Translations under genes and position numbers: made by a program | From: Chromera velia | Taxonomy: Eukaryota | Direction: 5' to 3' | Length of the DNA stretch: 64,000 nt | Assembly: GCA_018398765.1 (NCBI GenBank) | Contig: JAHBMJ010000013.1 | Coordinates: forward strand, 62,001-126,000 | Shown: positions 1 through 11,404 of the stretch, one piece after another | Layout: the number at the start of each line of letters is the position of its first letter | Numbering within the stretch: position 1 is the first letter of the stretch | The notes under the pieces: generated by a model | Told to the model about the DNA's origin: nothing | Databases searched by the model: none | Seen by the model: only the letters and a program-made list of their open reading frames with translations

Positions 1-236
1 GAGAGAGAGAGAGAGAGAGAGAGAAAGAAAGAGAGAAAGCAAGGGTATTCATCCAGATCAGGACCAACTGTGAACAGGTTTTCTGAATGAGGGAAAGAGG
101 AATGAGAATGAACAAATAGGTGCCAGAATGAACTGTCATAGATGCGAGAAGTCTCTTCGGCATGCTGCTCAGTCGTTTCACTCAGCCCTTTTTATTGCTT
201 CATTCCCTCCCTCCCTCCCTCCCTCCCTGCAAGCAG

Positions 237-2336
237 GTGTCCCCCCTTCTCGACGGCTCTGCGCGTTCCACACTGCGGTACAGGACGACATTCCACAGCG
301 AGACCTGCAAGGGATACTCAGGTCAGTGCAGACGCAGATCGTCGCGTCGGTTCTCTCTCTGCTTCTTTGTTTCTTGTACACATGTATGTGTTCGATTGTG
401 AGACAGAGGATATGTTTCCAGTCCATGTGTGGAGGGAAATCAACACCGTTTTGTCCCCTTGATTCTCTCCCGTCGCTGTCTGTTGTCCCCCGTGTGAATC
501 ATCTATGCTCCTTCGTTACTCTCTTTTCTCTCTCTCGTTTCTGCCACCCACGTCCACGAGAGGGCAATCAACTCTCAACAGCCATCCAAGGACAGGTCCC
601 CGCCTCTCCCAGATGAAGAAGAGTCTCTGTCGATGCACATGCGAAAATGCAGAAGCCGAGCCCCCCACTGAGGCCCCTGTGTCTCCCATTCCCGAATCCG
701 TGGGGGCAGGCAGTCTCCGTTCTGCGTTGCCTGACCTTGACCTCCACCCTCGTGACCGTCTGACGTCGGTGGGGGGTGCGGGGGATCTGGCGGGGGCGTC
801 AGGGTTGGACTCTAAATCTGTGGTTTTGTTGGACAAGAAATTGGGTGACTATCTTGACGATATTCAGAGGTGGTACGCTAGTTACAGGGCCACTAGGGAG
901 GCGATCACTCAGGAGTATGGAGGGAGTTTGAGGCAGTTCTCGACGGGGCACACGGAGTTTGGGCTCCATGTCAGCGATGGAGCGATCACTTTCAGGGAGT
1001 GGCTTCCGAGTGCGTTGGAGGTGTATCTGATTGGAGAGTTTAATGCCTGGGACAGAACTAGACACCCCCTCACTCTGAAGGCACCCAAGGGAGCTGCAAC
1101 AAGGAAGGACAAAGACGGAGGAGAGGGGATCTCGTCGGGAATTTGGGAGCTCGAACTGCCCAATTCCGGCTCTCTGCCCGCGATCACCCATGGCACGAAG
1201 TTTAAGATGACAGTGAAGACAGAGGGAGGGGACGTGTTCGACAGAGTACCTGCGTGGACCCGCCTGGCATGGAAGAGCGAGGACTCGAACATCTTCGACG
1301 GGGTGTGCTGGAATCCTCCGGCATCGGTGGGTAGAGACAGGAGGAAAAAGGAAATTAGCTTTACAGGTAGTATGGCAATCTTCGGAGAGGGTGACTGGAA
1401 GTACTTGTTGAATTGAGGAGAAAATAAGGAACCTTGATTTCTTCGGAGTTCCCTCTCTCCGGCGTTTTCCCCCTTCATATCTGCGTGCGTGCATCTGCGT
1501 GAGGACGTTCATCTTTCAAGCACCGTTTCTCTGGCTTTTGTTTCTCTCTTGTTTGCTGAGCTTCTTTGTCCACCACTTCTTCAGGAGACCCCCCTTAAAC
1601 TGGTCTTCCACTTGTGTGTGTGTGTGTCTGTGTGTGTGTGTGTACTTTTCATCTTTTCGCCTCTCTCTTTTTTTTTCACCGCTCAACGGAAAAGCTTCTA
1701 TCTCTGTCTGTCCCCCACCCGCGTCCCCGTATTATCTATCTGGTCGGTCCCCGCTGCCCCTGCAGGAGAGGTACACGATGAGACACCCCCGTCCCCAGAA
1801 GCCCGAAGTCTTGAAGCTCTACGAAGCACACATCGGGACATGTGGGGCAGATGCCAAGGTGTCCACATACAGGTGGGAAGGAAGAAGACCGACAGCGCCT
1901 TTTTGTCGAGTTCTTTCTCTGTTCTTTCTCTCCGTTGTTCCCTGACAGTTTCTGTCCGACAAAACACCGCGTGCATCCTTGGAAGCGAACTTGTCTGCGA
2001 GGAGGAGAGTTTTGGGGAGCAGGAAGGAAAGAGAGCGGCTCCAGACGGGGCAATTCGCTTGGTCACCTGTTGCTTGCTGTTTTTTCTCTGCCCCCCCCTT
2101 TTTTCTTTCTGTTTTCAGGGAGTTCTGGGAGACGGTTCTGCCCCGAGTGAGGCGATTGGGGTACAACGCAGTCCTGTTGCTGGGCATTCAGGTCGGTCTG
2201 CCTGTTCGTGTACCCGTCGTTCCCTCTCTTTTCGCTTTTGTTTGTTCTCAAAAGGATCATGCGGCGTCTTTTCTCATTCCTGTCGTCATTCGTTCCTTCC
2301 TTCCTTCCTTCCTTCCTTCCTCTCTTTGTTTCCTTG

Positions 2337-2368
<32 letters not shown>

Positions 2369-4485
2369 TTTGTTTGTTTGTTTGTTTGACGGCAGAAGGG
2401 ACCTTCATGAATAAGCCTTCAGTGTCCTCTGTGGGAAGTAAATCAAAATTCATGTCATTTCCTCTTTTCCTTTCTCTCCTTCCCTTTGTTGTACAGGAAC
2501 ACTCTGAATACTCCACTGCGGGTCGTGACGTGACTTCCTTCTTTGCTCCCTCCTCCCGTTTCGGGACACCCGAGGAATTGAAGGAATTGGTCGACAGGGC
2601 GCACGGTCGGTGGGTTGAATGAAGAGAAGTAAGAGAAAGGAAGAATAAAAGGGAAGTTTTCTTGCTTATTTGTCATTCTCCTCACTGTGCCGACCTTTTT
2701 TTCCAATGATCACGGTGACATCCGAGGACGTTGGGGCTGTGTAGCGGTGTCTGTTTGCATCCCGTTCGTACCGAACACGGTAGAGTGTGAAGGAATGAAG
2801 CACATTTCTTCTTTCTCTCAATGCAATGCAGGCATGGGTCTGTCTGTCCTTTTCGAGTCTGTCGTCTCTCACGCCTCCCTCTCGACTCTGGACGGCCTCG
2901 CAAATCTGGACGGGAGCGATCCGGGAGTCGGATTCTTCGACAAAGGCGCGATGAACCAGTCATCTTTCCATCATGGGAAGTGCTTTGATTACTCGGTACG
3001 GGGGTTGGGGGGCTAGGGGGGGGGTTAATGTTTTCTCTCTTTGTTGTGTCCTTCTTTTTCTTCTTTGTCTGTTTTCTTGAATGGCTCCTCAAGCCCATTT
3101 CCTACTGGCCTGCATGTGCCTTCTTTCTCCATGCGTGTCTACTCGCTTTCCGGTTTCTCTTCTGTGTGCACACTCCTGTGTCTTTCTTGAAAGCTCTCTC
3201 CCTCTCTTTGTGTGTGTGTTCTCTCTCCCTCTCTCTGTTTCTGGCCACATCATCTGCAGAACCCCCAGGTCCTCAGGTTCCTCCTCTCCAACTTGCGGTA
3301 CTACATGGACGAGTTTGGGTCAGTCTGTCTCTCTGGCTGCCTGTCTATCTGGCAGACAGTGAGGGTGTGTGCGTGCGGGCAAGAGAGTGTTTTTCATTTT
3401 TGTTCTGATGTCTTCCTTACTTTCTGTGCCCTTGTGTGTTGGAAGGAAGGAAGGAAGTCGCTTACAGAAAGATCGGAATCAGAAGAGGCCCTGTGAAGAG
3501 AAGGGAAGGGACCCCCGATGGAAAGTCGAGCGGGGGGAAGAGCTGCCGGCCATGACCACACACGCCGTTTCCTCACCATTTAATTAATATTCCGTCTTTC
3601 AAATATTATTTCATAGATCGATCTGTCCATCTATCCGAACATTTCGCTCCCTCCAATCTCTGCAACCAACCGGCTTTTGTCTGCACGTGCATCTATTTGA
3701 CTACAAAAAAAACAAGAAGAAAGTCTTCATGCCTCTCCTCACTTGCAGAGCTGACGGTTTCCGTTTTGCCCACGTGACAGCGATGCTGTACAAGCACCGG
3801 GGCGTCGGGAGACACTGGGACCTGGTGGATCCGTTCAACCCTGCGTCCTCGTACAGACAGTACTTCGACTTCGATGTGTACACTCCCGGTGGGTGGCCAT
3901 TCAGGAAGGAAGGCTGTGTCTTTCTTGCCTTCGTTCCGCTCCGCTTCATTCTCTTTCCTTCCTTTCTCTTCTCCTTGTTTTCTGTATCTGTTAACTTCGC
4001 TCCATTTTAAAGTGTGAGACAAGTGTGGGCCGTCTTCTCTCATGCCGTCCCATTTTTCCCCCCGCCGTTTTCTCTTTTCACTTTCCGTTATTGCCTCAGA
4101 GGCGGCTTCATCAATTTGGCTTGCGTTGAGAATGGTACAACTACTACAAAGCAAAGCATGGCTATGTCAAAAGACTTTTATCCGAGAGAGAATTCACATT
4201 TCCTCGATCCCGTTGCAGGCGTGACATTCGTCCAGCTTGCCAACGACCTGGTCCACTCTCTGTCCCCCGACGCCATCACGATCGCAGAGGACCACTCAGG
4301 CCACCCCCTCACCTGTGTGCCCATCGCACAGGGAGGCTTCGGGTTCGACTTCAGACAGAACATCGGTCAGTGGGGGAACGAATGACTGTTAGGCTTTCTT
4401 TTCTTTTTCATATGGGAGTGTGTGGATTAGTCAGTGAGGATGGCGGGATGCAGTGGGAGAGAGAGAGGGAGAGAGAGAGAGAGAA

Positions 4486-4517
<32 letters not shown>

Positions 4518-6169
4518 AGAAAGAACGGTGGAAGCTCCGTAGTGCGGGTGGGTAAAGGTAATTCCTATGGACACTTCTGTCTCTTCTGTGACTGCCTGCC
4601 TGTCTGCCTTCAGGATACCCGGGTGCTCTCCTGAAGATGTTGAGGAGAGGGGAGTGTGGTTCGGGTCTGGACCTCCGTTTAATGGTTGACTGCCTCGCCA
4701 GGCGCTCCGTGAACGACAGGCCCCTCGTGTGCATGGAGAGCTTCGACCAGGTTGTCAACAGTCAGTCAGTCTCGTAGTGTGATGCCTGTGTGTGTTGATA
4801 CGTAATTCGGCAATTATCTTCGTGCGCACGGAGGGAACAGGTCAGACTAGGTCGCTAACATACAGTCTTTCGGGCTGACACGGATGGAAACACAAGCATG
4901 CGCTGTCAGTCAAAACGGGTGCGGATGAGACGAGAACGGAAAAGGGTTGCAAGTTTTCATGAAGACCTGCAACCTCGCAGGTACCTTTTTTTGAAAAGCT
5001 GGAAACCATCGTTCGCTCTTCCCAAGTTGTCATCTCGAAAAAACAAATCTCACACGACCTGCTTCAAATTCTTCCTCTTCCTGCTTCCGCGCTCAGGAAA
5101 GCGTCCCCTGAAGGTCGCGATGTTTGCTTGGGAGTCCCTGTACACCCACCCTGTTGGTGGGGTGGCCCCTCACGTGACGGAACTCGCAGCCGCACTCGCA
5201 CGTCTCGGACATGAGCCTCATGTGTTTGTGAGAAGGTCAGAAAGGGGGGGGGATAAATGCTGGGCCGATGAGTGCGTCACTGCACTCGCGTCTGTTTCTT
5301 TCTGTCTGTTTGCGTCGTTTCACCTGAAGGCGCTTCTTTCCTAAAGAAAAGGAAGATTTAGTCTCCATTTCGAACCCTCCCTTCCTGTCTGTTCCCCCTC
5401 TTTTCGCAGCACTGGCGCGGAGGCGAGCCACACCGTCCACTACGGAGTCCACTACCACCAGTGCACCTTCAACCTCTCGAGCGACTTTGTGGGGGAGATG
5501 TCGAGCATGTGCAACGCGTTCGTGTACTATATGGAGCAGCAAGAGATGGCACAGGGGGAACACTTCCAGGTGGGTTCATTGGTCGAATTCATGATGGGGA
5601 TACTATACTGAGTGGACTCTTTCTGTTCCTCTATTGACAAGCCCTTCCCTCTAACCCCTGTTTCGTCTGGTTTCGCCCTAGGTCACCATCTTTGCCTTTT
5701 TCCCTTTCCTTCTCCTTCATTCACCCTCTGTATCCCTTTCTGTCTTCTGTCTGCAGATCTGCCACTCCCACGACTGGCTGGCTGCCAAGGCTCTCGTGTC
5801 TGCGAAGGCCATGGGGAGGATGTGCGTGATGACAATGCACTCGACCGAGTTCGGAAGGTAGGTCAGGGGGTGGGGGGGGAGGTGTTGGGTGACAGGCTAG
5901 GGTAGAGACAAGATGCGTTCTGCCTCTCGTCGGTTAGTGGAGTGAACAGAGACGGACGTTGGGGTTTCCATTTGATTGCGCAATTCTTTCTGGTGGGTGC
6001 CCTTGAGTGTGAGAGAAGTTTGTGTTTCCTCGTTCCTTCCTGGCTGTGCATGTCTGCTCCGCTAGCTAGCATGGACCCCTCGACCAGCCAGTGAGGTTCG
6101 AGGGATCTGTCTTTGTGTTTCGAGTGAGTCTTTGTACACTTTTTCACTTGGTGAAGAATTCGGGCAGGG

Positions 6170-6200
<31 letters not shown>

Positions 6201-8269
6201 CATTTCTTTCTCTCTTTCTGAAACCCCTCTCTCTCTCTCATTTCGTGTGTTTGTTTGTTTGTTTGTGTGTGTGTGTTTGTGTGCAGGTGCGGGAACAACG
6301 CCTGGGGAGGACAGTCTGCGCGCATTCGTGACATCGAAGGTCGTTGGTGGAAGGGTGCGATGACATGGTTAATTCTCTGTGTGCCTGTCTGTCCTTTAGC
6401 TTGCAAGTGACTTTTCTCGCTTTTTCGTATGCTTCGGGGGGCGATTTTCTGTATTTTCTTTTTGTCCTGGTTTCTCTGTTCCTCCCTCGCTCCTCTCCCG
6501 AAGGTTTCTGAGCCTCCTTCCTCTTTCTTTTTGTCTGTGAACGCGGCCTCTCTTTTCTTTTTGCCACGCTTGTGCAGCTGAGGCTTGTCATGTCTCCGAC
6601 CGCGTCATTTGCGTCTCCGGAGTTTTGGCTGAGGAGGTGATCCACCAGTACGGGATCCACCCGGACAAGATCAAGGTAGGTCTGTCTTGTTGTCCGAGTT
6701 TTTAATGGGGCAACGCAGTGCGAAGCATGCGAGTGGCCGGCAGTTTGCCCTACTGCATGATCGACTCATGCACGCAAATTTTGATGCGTCCTTGCGTACG
6801 TCAGTTGATTTGCCCTACTGCATGAAAGGAGATCAAGTGCCATATTCACTGTTCCGCCGTACCTTTGTTTACTATGCGGGCTGGGGCCTCTGTCGGCTGT
6901 TTTTTCGCTTGCTGAGAGCCCCGTCTGCTTCAGCAGCAGAATGTATCGCATAATCATTGTACTGTCATATTTGTTTTGTATTATTGTCGGTACGTCCCCC
7001 CTGGATTCTTCCATTCTTCCGTTCAGGTGATCTACAACGGAATCCACTGCGAGAACTTCGACGGGGTGGAGGTGAACCCCGGAGAGATCAAGGAGAAGTA
7101 CGGCATCGGACCCATGGACCCCACATTCCTCTTCGTTGGAAGAATGGCCGTGCAGAAGGGACCCGACCTGCTCGTGGACGCTATCCCGATGATCCTCCAG
7201 GTCGGTGAATTTATGTTTTTCTGTCTGTCTTTGTGCATGGATGGATCTTTGTCTGTCTTTCTGTGTTTTTTGTCTGTTTGTGGACGGGTGACTGTCAATC
7301 TATCGGCATAGACTCTCTGTCTCTCTGTGCACCCTCTTCTTTGTCGGCCAGAATTTGTAAAAAGTGAACGCCAATGGAGGCAGAGAAACGGGCGGAACAT
7401 TCAAACCGCAGCTGAAGCAGAGACCGCAGCTCTGTGATCCGTTTGCTCCTTGAATGAACATAAATGCTCCCTTCTCCACTCAACATTCGGCTGTACACAC
7501 ACCCCTCTCTTTTCCTTCCTTTCCCTTCCCCTACCCACAGGCCCGAGGAGACGCCAAATTCCTCATCGTGGGAGACGGCCACATGAAGGACGACCTGGCG
7601 GCACGTATGGCACATTACTCGGGGAGTGTCAAGTTCCTGGGGGCAAAGAAGGGGTGGGAGGTCAGTCAGTGCCTTCCTTCCTTGGTCATGTTCTCTTTGT
7701 CAAGTGTTGTGATCTGCATATTGACGTGACTGTTCGGTCTGACGTTTTTCTCGTTTGTGCATTTCTTTTGCGTGATCCCCTTTCAATGTGGGTAAAACAG
7801 AGCAAGTTTGGTTCCCCGTATTTCGATCCAAAACGACCTTCCGATCACTTTTCTGTCCCGCCTTCTTGCTTTCTTCATTCAGGTCCGTTCCCTCTTCAAA
7901 GCATGCGATGCCGTGGTCGTGCCCTCCCGCAATGAGCCCTTCGGCATCGTCGTGCTGGAATCCTGGGCAGCCCACAAACCCGTGGTGGCCACAACCTCCG
8001 GAGGTCCCAGAGATTTCGTGTCACACGACGGAGACGGGTATCTCGTGGACCCCACTCCTGGCAGCATCGCCTGGGGGTGCTGTAAAGTCAGTCAGTCCGG
8101 ATTGTTTGTCTGACTGCCTGTGAAGGGAAAAGAAAAGAAACCAGTGCAGAACAGTAATTGTTTGTCTGACTGCCTGTGAAGGGAAAAGAAACCAGTGCAG
8201 AACAGTAACTCACAGTCACTCGGTGTCAGTCGGTCGGTCGGATGTACGAGTTTCTGTGGCTTGCACACA

Positions 8270-8304
<35 letters not shown>

Positions 8305-9584
8305 GGTGGGAAAGAAAGAAGAATATGTCCACTGAGTCGGTTTTCCTGCGCGCCTGTGTTTTTCTGCAAGAACACAGAAAAACGAAGACCACAGTTGGAT
8401 CCCTCCCTAATTCCTCTCCTCTCCTGGTCTCTCCCCTTCTGTCTATCGTGCAGGTGATGGAGAACTTTGCCCATGCGCAATGGATGGGCCAGAGGGGCCG
8501 TGTGAAGGCCGCGTTCTCCTTCTCTTGGGACACGATTGCAGAGGACACGCGGAACGTGTACTGGCAACAGTTGAACAAACTGGACTGCCCTGTGGGAGTC
8601 ACTCACGAAGGTGCGTGCGTTGGAGTGAACCCAGAGATAGATGATGTGAACGAAAACCTGTCCTCTCTCTCGGAGTTACCGAAAACCAGAGAGGGAAGAA
8701 CGGGTCTCTTTTTTTCTCTCTGATGAGAAATCTTCTGCTGACTGGAACCTCCCCGCTCTTCTTCTCTCTCTTCCGTTCTTGTTCTCTTCTCTCCCTTCCG
8801 TTTATTTTCTCTGCTTACTCGTCGTCCTTTACTTGGTTGTTGAGTATTCCCACATGACATTTTCGGACCGGAAAGTCAGAAACGAGATCATGAGACTATC
8901 TCCTGATTCCCTTCCACCCCTGCATGCAGGTGACTACTCGGTTTCCCAGGGCATTCTCGGTCTCCACCAGGCAGACCACATGGGTGTGTTCGACTCCCAC
9001 GTGCCTGTCAGACACGGCATGGCACTCATCAACACTCTCAAAATCGCCACCCTGGCCGTGGGGGGGGCAGTGATCCGATGGGCAGACCCCATCTCCAGGT
9101 CAGTCAGCAGAAAGAAAAGGGAAATGTTGTGTGGGAACGGGTTGGCTCTCGAGTCTTCTGCTGGACCTTTCCATACTATCATTCCTTTTCCAAAGGGAAG
9201 GGTTGTGAACAGAATGACAAACGCAAATTGACATCGTGATCTTGCAAAGGCATCCATTACACTGTCTTTTCTTCTCCCTCCCTGCAGGCCCTACACGGAC
9301 GACGGCAAAGTCCTGAGCGAAGAGGCGATGATGCAGTCGGACGTGAACGCGAGGGGAGGAGCAGCGTGGATGAATGCTGCCGGGTCTGAATTTGGACACC
9401 CAGACGGAATTGATTTCCCTAGGTGAGCTGGCTTTCTTTCTTTCTTTCTTTCTTTCTTTTCTTTCTTTCTTTCTTTCTTTTCTTTCTTCCTTCCTTCCTT
9501 CCTTCCTTTCTTCCTTCCTTCCTTCCTTCCTTTCTTCCTTCCTTCCTTCCTTTCATCCTTCCTTCCTTTCATCCTTCCTTCCTC

Positions 9585-9615
<31 letters not shown>

Positions 9616-9627
9616 GTTTTTTCTTTT

Positions 9628-9661
<34 letters not shown>

Positions 9662-9770
9662 TTTTCTTTCTTTCTTTCTTCCTTCCTTCCTTTCCTTCCT
9701 TCCTTCCCTTCCTTCCTTCCTTTCTTCCTTCCTTCCTTTCATCCTTCCTTCCTTTCATCCTTCCTTCCTC

Positions 9771-9801
<31 letters not shown>

Positions 9802-9813
9802 GTTTTTTCTTTT

Positions 9814-9847
<34 letters not shown>

Positions 9848-9883
9848 TTTTCTTTCTTTCTTTCTTTCTTTCTTCCTTCCTTC

Positions 9884-9914
<31 letters not shown>

Positions 9915-11404
9915 GTCCCTTCCCCTCTCGCGCCTGTATCTATGTCTCTCCTTCCTGCCAGTCTGCTCCTCTCCCCCCCATTCGTGTGTCTAAGAGATGG
10001 GAAGGCAAATTGGGATCTGTTGAGGCTGATATCAGTATGGTATGAAGATCTCTTTTTGTGTGCTTGAATTTGATCTGTGCTTCTGTCTTCTGTCGATCCG
10101 TCAGGGCCGGCAACGGATTCTCCTACGAGAACGCGAGGAGAAAGTGGGAGCTCTCCGGCGACAAGGGCCTGAAGTACAAGCACCTGGAGCTCTTCGACGC
10201 TGTGCTTGTGAGGATGGACGCACTCTTGAAGATCTCTCAGGACCCTTACGCCAGCGTTGGGCTGCTGCACGGGACTGGTCAGTCAGTCGGGCTCTTAGGT
10301 GGGGAGTGGAGTGGAGAGATAAGTCATGCAGAAGCAGGCAAGTAGGTGGCACTCCCTGACAACATAAACTTGAGAGAGGGACAGAGTGGGGAAGAGATCG
10401 TCGTTTCAATGTGCCTGCTCCTCAGGACTGTTCTATTGCATGTCCAGCTTGAACCGACGAGCTTGTGGTCTTCTCACGTTTTGCATTCGTTCTGCCATCA
10501 TTTGTCTTCCCCTTTTTTCCGCTTGTCGCTGCAGACCAGCTTCTGGCTGTGGAGCGCCAGGGTTGTCTGATCGTGATGAACTTCTCCTGGAATGAGTACA
10601 AAGACTACAGGGTGTTCACGACCATTCCCTTGGAACAACAACTGAAGGTGCGTGCCTTGTCTGAGCGTGTATGTCGGGTCGTCTCTCGCAGATCCACTAG
10701 AGACGCCGGGTGTGGCAGTGAGGGAGTTGAGGCAGTGGGCTTTCATGTTTGTGTGCTTGGAAGGAAACGTGTGGACTTAAGGCAGAAGCGGGGAACTGTG
10801 AGATCGACCATGAGGTGCAACTACGAGATTTGATGTGCTTCGTATTTCGGCATTTTGTTCTCCTGTGTATGCGATCATGCTTCTTTATCACATTTCCCTG
10901 TCAGGTGGCTCTGAGCACCGGAGAGACCCGCTTTGGTGCCACAGGCGACTGCTCCGTGACCAAGCATGAGGCCGTGACGACTGCGGGAGAGGCCCCGACC
11001 TCCCTCCACACCCACGCGGTCTTCGTGGACCTCGCTCCGAAGAGCGCCATGGTGAGTTGAGTGAGAAGCATGTTCTTTCTGAGGTCGTGTGTTTTTGAAG
11101 GGGTGGGTGGGTGGCACTGTGTGATTATTTTTCTGCTTTCGTCCGATTGATCGCCCATACGTTCCTTTTCCTCCCGATCGGTGGCCGTGAGACCTTGTCT
11201 GTTTTGATCTTGTCTGTGTCTAGAGGATCTGCAGATTGACAAATTACGTTTTGATCTTCCCCCCCCTTTTCTCCTTCTTCACCCTCTCTTGTGTGTGTGC
11301 AGATCCTGGCTCCCAACTCGGCTGTGTCGAAGTTGAAGGGGGATCCGGTACTCCTCATGGACGCAGACGCGTTCATCGATGCGCGTGCGAAGTTTCTCCA
11401 ATGA
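237..11404 (+). CDS. Branching-enzyme-like protein (CBM48 + GH13, apparently catalytically dead) with an inserted GT4 glycosyltransferase; 5'-partial, >=1270 aa
   Basis: Manually spliced exons: 237-321, 582-1326, 1766-1872, 2119-2191, 2497-2605, 2832-2995, 3260-3318, 3749-3888, 4219-4365, 4614-4760, 5097-5235, 5410-5569, 5757-5857, 6287-6339, 6578-6675, 7027-7200, 7541-7660, 7883-8086, 8454-8610, 8930-9098, 9288-9422, 10105-10277, 10535-10647, 10905-11051, 11303-11404. All introns are GT-AG and the frame stays open to TGA 11402-11404. Branching-enzyme motifs: [110 protein letters not shown]. The first exon (237-321) is the least certain. Confidence 0.9.
5097..8610 (+). other. GT4 (GT-B fold) glycosyltransferase module, 402 codons over 9 exons, nested inside the GH13 domain
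   Basis: [99 protein letters not shown] (E-x7-E at 7934 and 7958), [17 protein letters not shown]. Confidence 0.9.
8102..8208. repeat. Two-copy ~50-56 bp tandem duplication inside an intron
   Basis: ttgtttgtctgactgcctgtgaagggaaaaga...aaccagtgcagaacagtaa occurs twice back to back. Confidence 0.85.
9431..9913. repeat. Long (CTTT)n/(CCTT)n microsatellite with an internal ~186-bp higher-order duplication, intronic
   Basis: Almost pure pyrimidine tract. The marker 'ctgttttttcttttt' recurs at about 9614 and 9800. Confidence 0.9.

Noticed and set aside
9291..10270. Long ORFs of F/L/S/P or K/E/R/G
   Set aside because: They are translations of the intronic (CTTT)n microsatellite.
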